Source: a virus
IMG/VR virus record: IMGVR_UViG_3300009514_000888
Coordinates: 122,299-186,298 of that record
Length of the DNA stretch: 64,000 bases
Strand: one strand, 5' to 3'
The notes below the pieces were generated by a model. That model was not told where the DNA came from and did not search any database. It saw nothing but the letters and a program-made list of their open reading frames with translations. Shown here piece after piece: positions 26,900-34,810 of the stretch. The translations under genes and the position numbers were made by a program. The first letter of the stretch is position 1, and each line of letters starts with the position of its first letter.

Positions 26900-27874
26900 G
26901 TGACTATCGTAGATGAATCCTTGGACTATCCTTTCCGGGACAAGATGATTCTTGTGGCCGGCTGTCATGGCATGGTCGGCTCTGCTGTGATGCGCAAGTT
27001 AGAGGAGCGGGGGCATCCGTCTCATTTGCTGCCCAAGATAACGAGACAAGGGTTTGACCTGTGCAATGCCCAGGATGTGGAGCGGCTATTCCAATGGCAT
27101 CGCCCGGACTATGTGGTTTTGGCGGCGGCGGTCGTCGGCGGCATTTATGCTAATCATACGAAACAGGTTCAATTCATTCGCGATAATCTCCAGATACAGA
27201 ATAACGTCATTGATGCGTGCTGTAGGCATGGCGTGCGAAAGTTGATTTTCTTGGGATCATCATGCGCGTATCCGAGGGAGTGTCCGCAGCCTATTAAGGA
27301 AGAATATTTGCTTACTGGTCCCTTGGAGGAAACTAATCAATGGTATGCCGTTGCAAAGATCGCAGGCATTAAATACGTGCATGCTTGTTTGAATGAAAAG
27401 CTATTGAACGCTTCTTGCTTGATGCCAACGAATCTCTTCGGGCCGAACGACAATTACAATTACAATACATCCCATGTTTTTCCTGCATTAATTAGGCGGA
27501 TACATGAGGCCAAGGAGTGGAAGTCTCCTATTGTTTTGTGGGGTGATGGAACTCCCAAAAGAGAATTCATGCATGTTGACGACATGGCTGACGCTATTCT
27601 CTATTTTATGGCAATGGACGAGAATATACCATTGGTTAACGTAGGTTGGGGGAAGGATATTTCTATTTGGGATTTAGCGAAATTAATGGCCAAGATTATC
27701 GGTTTTGAAGAAGAAATACTGATTAATCCCAGTTTGCCTAATGGCACGCCCCGAAAGCTTCTGGATACATCGTTTCTAAATAGCAAGGGATGGGAACCCT
27801 CGATATCGCTAAGAGAGGGGATCGCTAGCACATATGAGGATTTTGTAAAGAATTATGATACCCTGAGGAAATGA
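26900..27874 (+). CDS. fcl: GDP-L-fucose synthase
   Basis: AGCHGMVGSA, LAAAVVGGIYAN, FLGSSCAYPRECPQPIKEEYLLTGPLEETNQWYAVAKIAG, MPTNLFGPNDNY...SHVFPALIRRIHEAK, GTPKREFMHVDD, GTPRKLLD. Confidence 0.95.
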   Translation: MTIVDESLDYPFRDKMILVAGCHGMVGSAVMRKLEERGHPSHLLPKITRQGFDLCNAQDVERLFQWHRPDYVVLAAAVVGGIYANHTKQVQFIRDNLQIQNNVIDACCRHGVRKLIFLGSSCAYPRECPQPIKEEYLLTGPLEETNQWYAVAKIAGIKYVHACLNEKLLNASCLMPTNLFGPNDNYNYNTSHVFPALIRRIHEAKEWKSPIVLWGDGTPKREFMHVDDMADAILYFMAMDENIPLVNVGWGKDISIWDLAKLMAKIIGFEEEILINPSLPNGTPRKLLDTSFLNSKGWEPSISLREGIASTYEDFVKNYDTLRK

Positions 27875-28629
27875 GTATAAAGAAAGCTATTTATTTTGTG
27901 GCTTATGATTATCCTTTCACCCAAATGGCATCTCTTGCCTTGAGGTCTTTGAGAACGCGAGGCAAATTTCAGGGAACAGTTGTTATTTTTACGAATGCCA
28001 ACGGAGACAATCGTCGTCAAATGGAGCCGTATGCCGAAGTTGTTTATCACAGCAAATCCAAAATTATTCCCAAGGCCATGAAGTTCAAAAGTCCGAAGTA
28101 TTTCAACTTCAAGCCCTATGATTGTATCATGTATTTGGACTGCGACATGCTTGTGTTGCGCAGTTTGAATTCGTTGTTTCGATTGGTGACAGATCGCAAT
28201 GTAGTCTGTCGCAGCGCTTCAGATGGAGGAAGCATGCTGGACAACAAGACTTGTTGTTGGCGGTTTAGGGATGACAATGAGAAGCAGAAAGCCAGAAGTC
28301 GGCCATGCGTAAATTCAGGTTTTTTCTGCGTTGGTAATTGGACTTTTCACGAGATTTGCAGGCGGTGGGACAAGAGGATCAATATTCGATCTTGTATGCC
28401 TCCCAAAGGCATTTATGATCAGCCAGCATTCAATTGTGTGTTGACCAGGTACAACTATGATATTGAATACGTTAGCCCGCGCAAGATTGTTTATGCCGGG
28501 GACAAGATGGGGTCATCTGCTATTCTTTGTCATTTTGAGCATGGACAAAAACTGAAAAGAATGAACGAGTTCCTTAAGTCCTTATCCGATTTTGAGAGTC
28601 CCGAAGCGGCTTTCCAGCAGGCGCATTAG
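27871..28629 (+). CDS. GT-A glycosyltransferase (GT8-like)
   Basis: IMYLDCDMLV (DxD), VNSGFF, DQPAFN, ILCHF. Confidence 0.7.
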   Translation: MSIKKAIYFVAYDYPFTQMASLALRSLRTRGKFQGTVVIFTNANGDNRRQMEPYAEVVYHSKSKIIPKAMKFKSPKYFNFKPYDCIMYLDCDMLVLRSLNSLFRLVTDRNVVCRSASDGGSMLDNKTCCWRFRDDNEKQKARSRPCVNSGFFCVGNWTFHEICRRWDKRINIRSCMPPKGIYDQPAFNCVLTRYNYDIEYVSPRKIVYAGDKMGSSAILCHFEHGQKLKRMNEFLKSLSDFESPEAAFQQAH

Positions 28630-28917
28630 CGTTTGTTTGACGACCCGATCTTTGAGTCGCTTTTGCCCTGCTTCGTCTTGCGGGATCATGCTGTCTGAGG
28701 TTGGTTCGTCGTGGACCAGAATTTGCCCGTCACCTGTTTCTGATCCCCATCGACCCTCGTCGGTTTGATAGACCAGGAAGGTCGGCGGCAGCAGGCTGGC
28801 GTCAATCCCGTCTTCCTCTAATTCTGTCTTGAGAGATTGATATTCGGTATCTAGAAGATGCTTGAGAGTATCGTAGTATTTATAGCTTGAAAATTTGGCT
28901 CTGACATACCAGTTCAT
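28582..28917 (-). CDS. Hypothetical protein
   Basis: ATG at 28917 (MNWYVRAK...) within ORF 28582..28935. Confidence 0.5.
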   Translation of the reverse strand: MNWYVRAKFSSYKYYDTLKHLLDTEYQSLKTELEEDGIDASLLPPTFLVYQTDEGRWGSETGDGQILVHDEPTSDSMIPQDEAGQKRLKDRVVKQTLMRLLESRFGTLKIG

Positions 28918-28988
28918 ACCTGTTATTCGTAACAAAATGCCCCATCCCTTTGTTAATCTGAGAGCGGGAAGAAGTCGATGGAGGAAGT

Positions 28989-29366
28989 ATGATTGTCAAA
29001 AGGGATGATGATGGCAAGAAAAAACAGGCTGCATCCTCTGATCAACCAGATGCGGCGGGGAAACCTCAACTGACGGCTGGCCAGCTGAATGTCTTAAAGC
29101 AGAGGTGCGAACATGACAATATTGAGTTCTATTACAGGGCGACAGATCGGCTGAAGCATTACATTATCCAAGGGCATCCTATTACCGATCAGCTGCCCGA
29201 TCTTATCAAATCTGCCTTACTAGCAGGCAAGGGCATCGCTGTGACGAGAGAGATGATCTATCGATGGATATCTGGCAGCCTTGATCGACGAAATGCTTTC
29301 ATCTTAGAGCATGCAGAGATTCGGGTTGAGAATGATCCCATGACCGTCATTAGGAAATTTTCATGA
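28989..29366 (+). CDS. Hypothetical protein
   Basis: GGAGG SD; ATGA overlap with next gene. Confidence 0.6.
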   Translation: MIVKRDDDGKKKQAASSDQPDAAGKPQLTAGQLNVLKQRCEHDNIEFYYRATDRLKHYIIQGHPITDQLPDLIKSALLAGKGIAVTREMIYRWISGSLDRRNAFILEHAEIRVENDPMTVIRKFS

Positions 29367-31282
29367 CTAGATGTCTGGTAACAGGGGGAGCTGGGTTTAT
29401 AGGATCGAACCTGGTGGATAGACTCGTGTCTCTCGATGAGCAGGTCGTGGTTATTGACAATCTTTCGAGCGGTCATCTAGAGAACATTCAGTCCAGCATG
29501 AGGGAGGGCAATGTGCAGTTTGTGGAGATAGACATTGCTAACAGGGAAGAGTTGGAAACCTATATGATGGGAGAGGAGTTTGACGCCATCTTCCATCTGG
29601 CGGCTGTTCCGCGCGTTCAGTTTTCCATCGCCAATCCGCACCTGACCAATGAAACCAATATTACAGGGACGCTTAATATGTTATTGGCGGCTAAACGGCA
29701 AGGCATTCAAAGGTTTGTCTATTCCGCCAGCTCATCGGCCTATGGTAATCAGGACGATCTTCCCTTGACTGAGGACATGAAGCCCAACCCCATGTCCCCA
29801 TATGCGTTACAGAAGTTGGCAGGCGAACAGTATGCGAAGATGTTTCATGATTTGTATGGCATGGAGACGGTATCGTTACGGTATTTCAACGTCTATGGAA
29901 AGAAGCAAGACCCAGAAGGCGCATATGCGACTTTGGTTCCCAAATTCATCAATCGCTTGATGGACGGAAAGACGGCGGTGATCAATGGTGACGGCGAACA
30001 AACTCGTGACTTCTGCATGGGAGCTGGCAGTAGAGTTTTGATGGGAGATTTGACCTGGAAGCCTATAGAGGACATTAGGCAAGGTGACCGTGTTGTTTCA
30101 TTTGATGAAAAGCCTACTAATAGAAAGAGAAATTTTAGGGTTGAAACAGTAGAGCATACTACTTCATATATATCCACAAATGTGGTTAAGATAAAAACAG
30201 AAAACCGGGATATTGTTTGCACGAATAATCATCCCTGGTTGACTAATAAGTCTGTTTTTAGAGATGCAAGATGGCTGTCAGAGGCATTAAAGAGGGGAAG
30301 TCCAGGCATTAAGTCTTTTAGCACTCCTGTGTCTTATGAAGAATCCCAATGTTTTAGAGACGGGTATCATAGTTACAGGGATCATGGATCATCTCATTAT
30401 TCGACAGGATTAGCAGTTACAGATATGTCTTTTGTGGACAGGTTTGTATCGCATGAAAATGGCGAACACTGGAATCGGTATGAAAGATCGCATTCGTATT
30501 CAGGAAGTCGAACATTACAACCAGGTAAAAAAGAAGTTTTGGATTATCATTTGAGTTTGATTGATAATGCCGATTGGAGTAACGAAGAATTTTGCAGAGG
30601 TTGGTTGAGTGGGGTTTTCGATTCAGAAGGAGCGGTTTCCAAATGGAGTCTTAGACTAAGTAATAAAGACGAGAGAGTATGTGATCGTATTCGTTATGTA
30701 TTGAATATGTTTGATTTTGATTGGTCAGAGATGATGAGGAAGGATACTTTGGTTATCTTTTCAATATTAGGAGGTTTGCCAGAGCAGGTTAGATTTTTTG
30801 CCTCCTTTAAGCCAGCTGTAGCTCGCAAACCTGACATGGATGGTCTAGAAGTGAAAGGACATATTGAAAACATAGTTGATATACATCCAACATTATGTCA
30901 AAGAGTTTATAATTTACAGATATCTAATCATAAGACATTCATAGTTGATGGCTTGTTGTGTCACAATACATCTGTCGAAGATGTAGTAGAAGCGAATATT
31001 CTGGCTGCTTGGCCAGATAACGAGTTAGCGTTTGGCAAGACTTTCAATATAGGAGCAGGTCACAATCGTTCGGTCAATGAAGTAGCCCAGGTGATTTGCG
31101 CTGCTGTCGGCGCGGACACGAGTTTGGTCGAGCATGGCCCGGCAGTAATTGAGCCGAAAGATACGTTGGCGAGTATTGAACAAGCCAGTCGATTATTGAG
31201 CTGGGAGCCGATGGTGGATTTCTCGGAAGGTTTAAGCAGGACAGTAGAATACTATATGGAGCAGAAGGAGCAGAGGGCATGA
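29363..31282 (+). CDS. NAD-dependent NDP-sugar epimerase/dehydratase (GalE/WbpP-like) interrupted by an intein
   Basis: VTGGAGFIGS, HLAAVPRVQFSI, SASSSAYG, SPYALQK, LRYFNVYG, GDGEQTRDF|T.VEDVVEAN restored after intein removal (321-aa extein). Confidence 0.9.
   Translation: MTRCLVTGGAGFIGSNLVDRLVSLDEQVVVIDNLSSGHLENIQSSMREGNVQFVEIDIANREELETYMMGEEFDAIFHLAAVPRVQFSIANPHLTNETNITGTLNMLLAAKRQGIQRFVYSASSSAYGNQDDLPLTEDMKPNPMSPYALQKLAGEQYAKMFHDLYGMETVSLRYFNVYGKKQDPEGAYATLVPKFINRLMDGKTAVINGDGEQTRDFCMGAGSRVLMGDLTWKPIEDIRQGDRVVSFDEKPTNRKRNFRVETVEHTTSYISTNVVKIKTENRDIVCTNNHPWLTNKSVFRDARWLSEALKRGSPGIKSFSTPVSYEESQCFRDGYHSYRDHGSSHYSTGLAVTDMSFVDRFVSHENGEHWNRYERSHSYSGSRTLQPGKKEVLDYHLSLIDNADWSNEEFCRGWLSGVFDSEGAVSKWSLRLSNKDERVCDRIRYVLNMFDFDWSEMMRKDTLVIFSILGGLPEQVRFFASFKPAVARKPDMDGLEVKGHIENIVDIHPTLCQRVYNLQISNHKTFIVDGLLCHNTSVEDVVEANILAAWPDNELAFGKTFNIGAGHNRSVNEVAQVICAAVGADTSLVEHGPAVIEPKDTLASIEQASRLLSWEPMVDFSEGLSRTVEYYMEQKEQRA
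30014..30967 (+). mobile_element. Intein (318 aa) with LAGLIDADG-type endonuclease domain
   Basis: Starts C (CMGAGSRVLMGDLTWKPIEDI), block B CTNNHPW, block E GWLSGVFDSEG, ends VYNLQI...FIVDGLLCHN followed by extein Thr. Confidence 0.92.
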
Positions 31283-31608
31283 ACAAAAAACGTCCAAGAC
31301 GCAATGAGCAAACGAATGTTCTGGGGGAGCAGACCGAGATGTTGCCACAGCAGACGCCCGAGAAGGTTGAGTCGCAGCGGCCGGTCCAGGATCGAGAAGC
31401 AGTGTTGACTCAATTTCTTGACTTGGAGGGGAAGCTCCTTTTGGTTCGTGTCAATACAGAAGGGTTGGATATCAACCAGGCGGATCAGGAGATTAACAAA
31501 GTTGCTACGCAGCTAGAGGAGTTATTGGAGAGACATGGTGTTCAATGTATGGCTCTGGTTACTCATCATCTAGTTGATATGCATCTGGTGGAAAGCTCAA
31601 AGGGTTGA
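31279..31608 (+). CDS. Hypothetical protein
   Basis: ATGA overlap with epimerase gene; 109 aa. Confidence 0.6.
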   Translation: MNKKRPRRNEQTNVLGEQTEMLPQQTPEKVESQRPVQDREAVLTQFLDLEGKLLLVRVNTEGLDINQADQEINKVATQLEELLERHGVQCMALVTHHLVDMHLVESSKG

Positions 31609-31663
31609 TGAAGGGGTTGATGAAAATATAGGATATGAATATATGTTAAAACGAGACGAGGTT

Positions 31664-32092
31664 ATGCCGCGTAAGTCTGAGCATCTTAGGATATTCAGTG
31701 GGTTCGAGGAGTATTGGCATTACATTCGTTGTCTTTCATCCAACCAGAAGAAAATCTTGTTTGAAAGCCTTTCCTCCAAAGAACGCGAACTACTCTCTCG
31801 ATCCGTAACCACCGGCGGATGGGAGCAGGTTTGCTATCGCGATATATTGAATCAAATCCTGGATGACATTAAGGAAGAATATGGTATTGATTTACTCGAA
31901 GCCCGTTTTAGAGTTTTGAGCGGCAAGTCTTCTTATTTGCCAAGGGAAGTTTGGGAAGAGGCTGTTTTGAGAATCCATGAGCATGATCCAGACGAAGAGC
32001 ATACGCGATTCATTTTTGGAGGATTGGTGGCCAAGGTTTGCGATGCTAATCCTGATATGGTATGCTTATTGAGACTAGGGGACGAGGAATAG
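31664..32092 (+). CDS. Hypothetical protein
   Basis: Within ORF 31574..32092; GAGG SD before ATG 31664; start uncertain. Confidence 0.55.
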   Translation: MPRKSEHLRIFSGFEEYWHYIRCLSSNQKKILFESLSSKERELLSRSVTTGGWEQVCYRDILNQILDDIKEEYGIDLLEARFRVLSGKSSYLPREVWEEAVLRIHEHDPDEEHTRFIFGGLVAKVCDANPDMVCLLRLGDEE

Positions 32093-32094
32093 GA

Positions 32095-32778
32095 TTGAAC
32101 AAAAGTTCACGAGCCAGGCCTCCATCGCCGCGCTCTGACCCTACGCTTCGGGCGTTGAATGCTGTCCAGAAGGAAGCGATCAAGGCGATCATGGGTAATG
32201 ACGTTACGATCCTGCATGGTTGTGCCGGAACTGGAAAGACGTACATCGCTGTCAAGTTTGGACTGCAACAGTTTTTGCGAGGCTACTACGACAAACTTAT
32301 TTTTACGCGGCCATGTGTGGAGGCATACGGCGAATCATTGGGTTTCCTGCCTGGAACGTTTAACGATAAGATTTTTCCTTACCTTGCGCCCATGTTGGAC
32401 ATTTTGAGGGCATCTCTCCCGACGAAAGACCTAAATGCATCAATAGAAGAAGGCAAAATCGTTACATTGCCTTTGGCGTTCCAGCGGGGCGTCACGTTCC
32501 ATCGGTCATATGTTGTTGCGGATGAGATGCAGAATTCGGTTCCCCCACAAATGAGGTTACTGTTGACGCGGTTAGGCGAAGGGTCTAAAATAGTGGTAAC
32601 TGGAGACCCTTTTCAGTCCGATATCCCTGGCAGGACCAACGGTTTGACGGATGCGATCAGACGACTTGACAAACTCCGGCAAGTTGCTACCCTTGAAATG
32701 GGTAGGGATGCCATCGTTCGTCATCCGCTCATTGCAGACATAGAAGATCGATATTCACGAAAATTGGAGAAGCATTGA
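32095..32778 (+). CDS. phoH: PhoH-family ATPase
   Basis: GCAGTGKT Walker A, TRPCVEAYGESLGFLPG, LAFQRGVTF, ADEMQN, LLTRLGEGSKIVVTGD..QSD, IVRHPLI; start uncertain (32062 or TTG 32095). Confidence 0.93.
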   Translation: MNKSSRARPPSPRSDPTLRALNAVQKEAIKAIMGNDVTILHGCAGTGKTYIAVKFGLQQFLRGYYDKLIFTRPCVEAYGESLGFLPGTFNDKIFPYLAPMLDILRASLPTKDLNASIEEGKIVTLPLAFQRGVTFHRSYVVADEMQNSVPPQMRLLLTRLGEGSKIVVTGDPFQSDIPGRTNGLTDAIRRLDKLRQVATLEMGRDAIVRHPLIADIEDRYSRKLEKH

Positions 32779-32808
32779 CAACCGATTCGCCGTAGCAAGG
32801 GGTAACAG

Positions 32809-34722
32809 ATGTTGAACACGGAAGTTGCTGGTGCAACAGAGTCAGTCGCCTATCAGAGTCCGTTCGCCTCGAAGATGCTCAAGTACATTGAGCAGAACGA
32901 AGCGATCCTCGATGATCCTGATTTGCAGGTCGAGTCCTATCTAGATAAATGGATGGGGGAAGATGACCGGCTGTATTTCGCCCGTCTTTGCGAAGCAAGA
33001 CTAGGCGGTTCCCGCGCGGACAAGTTTTTGACGACCGTCTTTTCGGCGTTCGGGTCGGATTACAACCCTGGGCGTCCAGAGCTGGAATTTTCAAAGCATG
33101 CCGAGCGGTTCTTGCGGCATTATGAGGAATTGATCCTCGAACGCATCAAAACATTCAGCAACTACAGGCAGTTCCGTAACTACCCAGAGCACGTTTACAA
33201 CGGCGTCATGGATGGTATTGCTTATGGTCTTGGCGAACCCAGGGAGCTGAAAGGCAATCGTAAGTCGGTGGACCAGCGACTGCATTTCTTCATCGTCTAC
33301 CCCGAGCATTTGACTGGTCGCGCCGTTCTCTCGTTGCGACGCGGCAAGGTTTTGGTCAAGAGTCGCGAAGAGATTACGGCTCGCGAACACAAAAACGGAT
33401 ATCGATCCATCGATGAAGCCAAGAGCGCCAAGACGAAGATCATCGGCCCGGATGGCCTCGAGCGAGGCGTGGCTCGCCATGTCAAGGCGGATCGTTCGTT
33501 GCGCGATCTCTGTCTTGAGATTTTGACGACAGTTTCGGAGAGCACCAAGGGGCGTTCGGATGGTTTGCTCGTGCGCCTGATGTCTTTGATCGAATCGAAG
33601 CATGAGGATATCCAGAATTGGGTTAGTTTCCATATCTGGATGCGCATACGTCATTCTCTGTCCAGAGAGATAGACCGCAAGCAAGGCGAGGGTTCCATTC
33701 ACGGATCGTTGACCAAATATGTCAGCGCTTCTGGGGCGCGTCGTCACCCGCTGGAGGATGATGCGATGTTTGACTCCATTGCGCTGGGCATGGATGAATG
33801 CGATGACGCTATGGGCGGCGGCCAAGAATATATGCCGGTTCCCTTACGCATTCGATTTCGCGAAGATACCGAGGAAGAGCGCAAGGAGACGGCGGATACT
33901 GCGCGCTCTATTATGCTGGATTCCCTATCGGACACGAAATCTCTGAGCGATTACATTATCGAGCAGTTGCGTACCAGTGGCAAGGCCAAGAGCGCAGAGA
34001 GAGCGGACAAACTGGAGGCGGTCATGGAATTGGCGCTGCGCCAGATTCATGAGCTTTTCCAGCCAGAGCATGAGCGATCCAGGCGGTTCTTCAATGCGAC
34101 CGACAAGGGTCTCCGCTACCATCAGAAGGGATCGCGGATCATTATCCATTACGACGGCGAACGCGAACTGGACAAGTTGATTTCGCCCTCGCTGTTGGTG
34201 CAGGAAGTGCGCGATACAGCCCAGATTAAGCTGAAGATTCATAATCTTAAGCGATCTGGTATGCATATGGCGAGCATTCCGAAGCGAATGAGGGATGACC
34301 GCAAATTGGGAGAGATTGCCGAGAGGCTGACAGTAGACTTGGCATTTGTCAAGCGGACACTGAACCAGCCGCGAAAAACGGTTAAGATGCTGGCGAGTAT
34401 GAAGTTTTCTGCCAAGACACGGAAAGAGATCAAGAACTACTTTGGGCATTGGTGGGTCGAGATGCTGCCCATTATGCTTGAGGTTTACGAGGACTATCCT
34501 GTTCGTGCTCGGCGAGACCTGTTTGCGATCCTGGGCGTTCACAACTACATTGCCCAGGGGCACGGATGGGGCTGGAATGTTAACCGCGTAAGCGGTATCT
34601 CCAATACTCGCATGTATTACATGGCGCTGGGAATCGATCTGGACCTATCGGATGATCCAGAGCATTGCGACATTGTGCAAAGAGAAAAGCTGCACCAGGA
34701 AACCTTGCGGCGCAAGAAATAA
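32809..34722 (+). CDS. Hypothetical protein (637 aa) with HTH-like segment; weakly sigma-factor-like
   Basis: Long ORF; RKLGEIAERLTVDLAFVKRTL resembles an HTH. Confidence 0.6.
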   Translation: MLNTEVAGATESVAYQSPFASKMLKYIEQNEAILDDPDLQVESYLDKWMGEDDRLYFARLCEARLGGSRADKFLTTVFSAFGSDYNPGRPELEFSKHAERFLRHYEELILERIKTFSNYRQFRNYPEHVYNGVMDGIAYGLGEPRELKGNRKSVDQRLHFFIVYPEHLTGRAVLSLRRGKVLVKSREEITAREHKNGYRSIDEAKSAKTKIIGPDGLERGVARHVKADRSLRDLCLEILTTVSESTKGRSDGLLVRLMSLIESKHEDIQNWVSFHIWMRIRHSLSREIDRKQGEGSIHGSLTKYVSASGARRHPLEDDAMFDSIALGMDECDDAMGGGQEYMPVPLRIRFREDTEEERKETADTARSIMLDSLSDTKSLSDYIIEQLRTSGKAKSAERADKLEAVMELALRQIHELFQPEHERSRRFFNATDKGLRYHQKGSRIIIHYDGERELDKLISPSLLVQEVRDTAQIKLKIHNLKRSGMHMASIPKRMRDDRKLGEIAERLTVDLAFVKRTLNQPRKTVKMLASMKFSAKTRKEIKNYFGHWWVEMLPIMLEVYEDYPVRARRDLFAILGVHNYIAQGHGWGWNVNRVSGISNTRMYYMALGIDLDLSDDPEHCDIVQREKLHQETLRRKK

Positions 34723-34810
34723 TCCGCCTCGTCATCCAAAGGGACAGCCATGATTCCTGTCGAAGCATATGTGAGACAGATGTCATTGCGACTTTGGAGG
34801 ACGAACGGAT

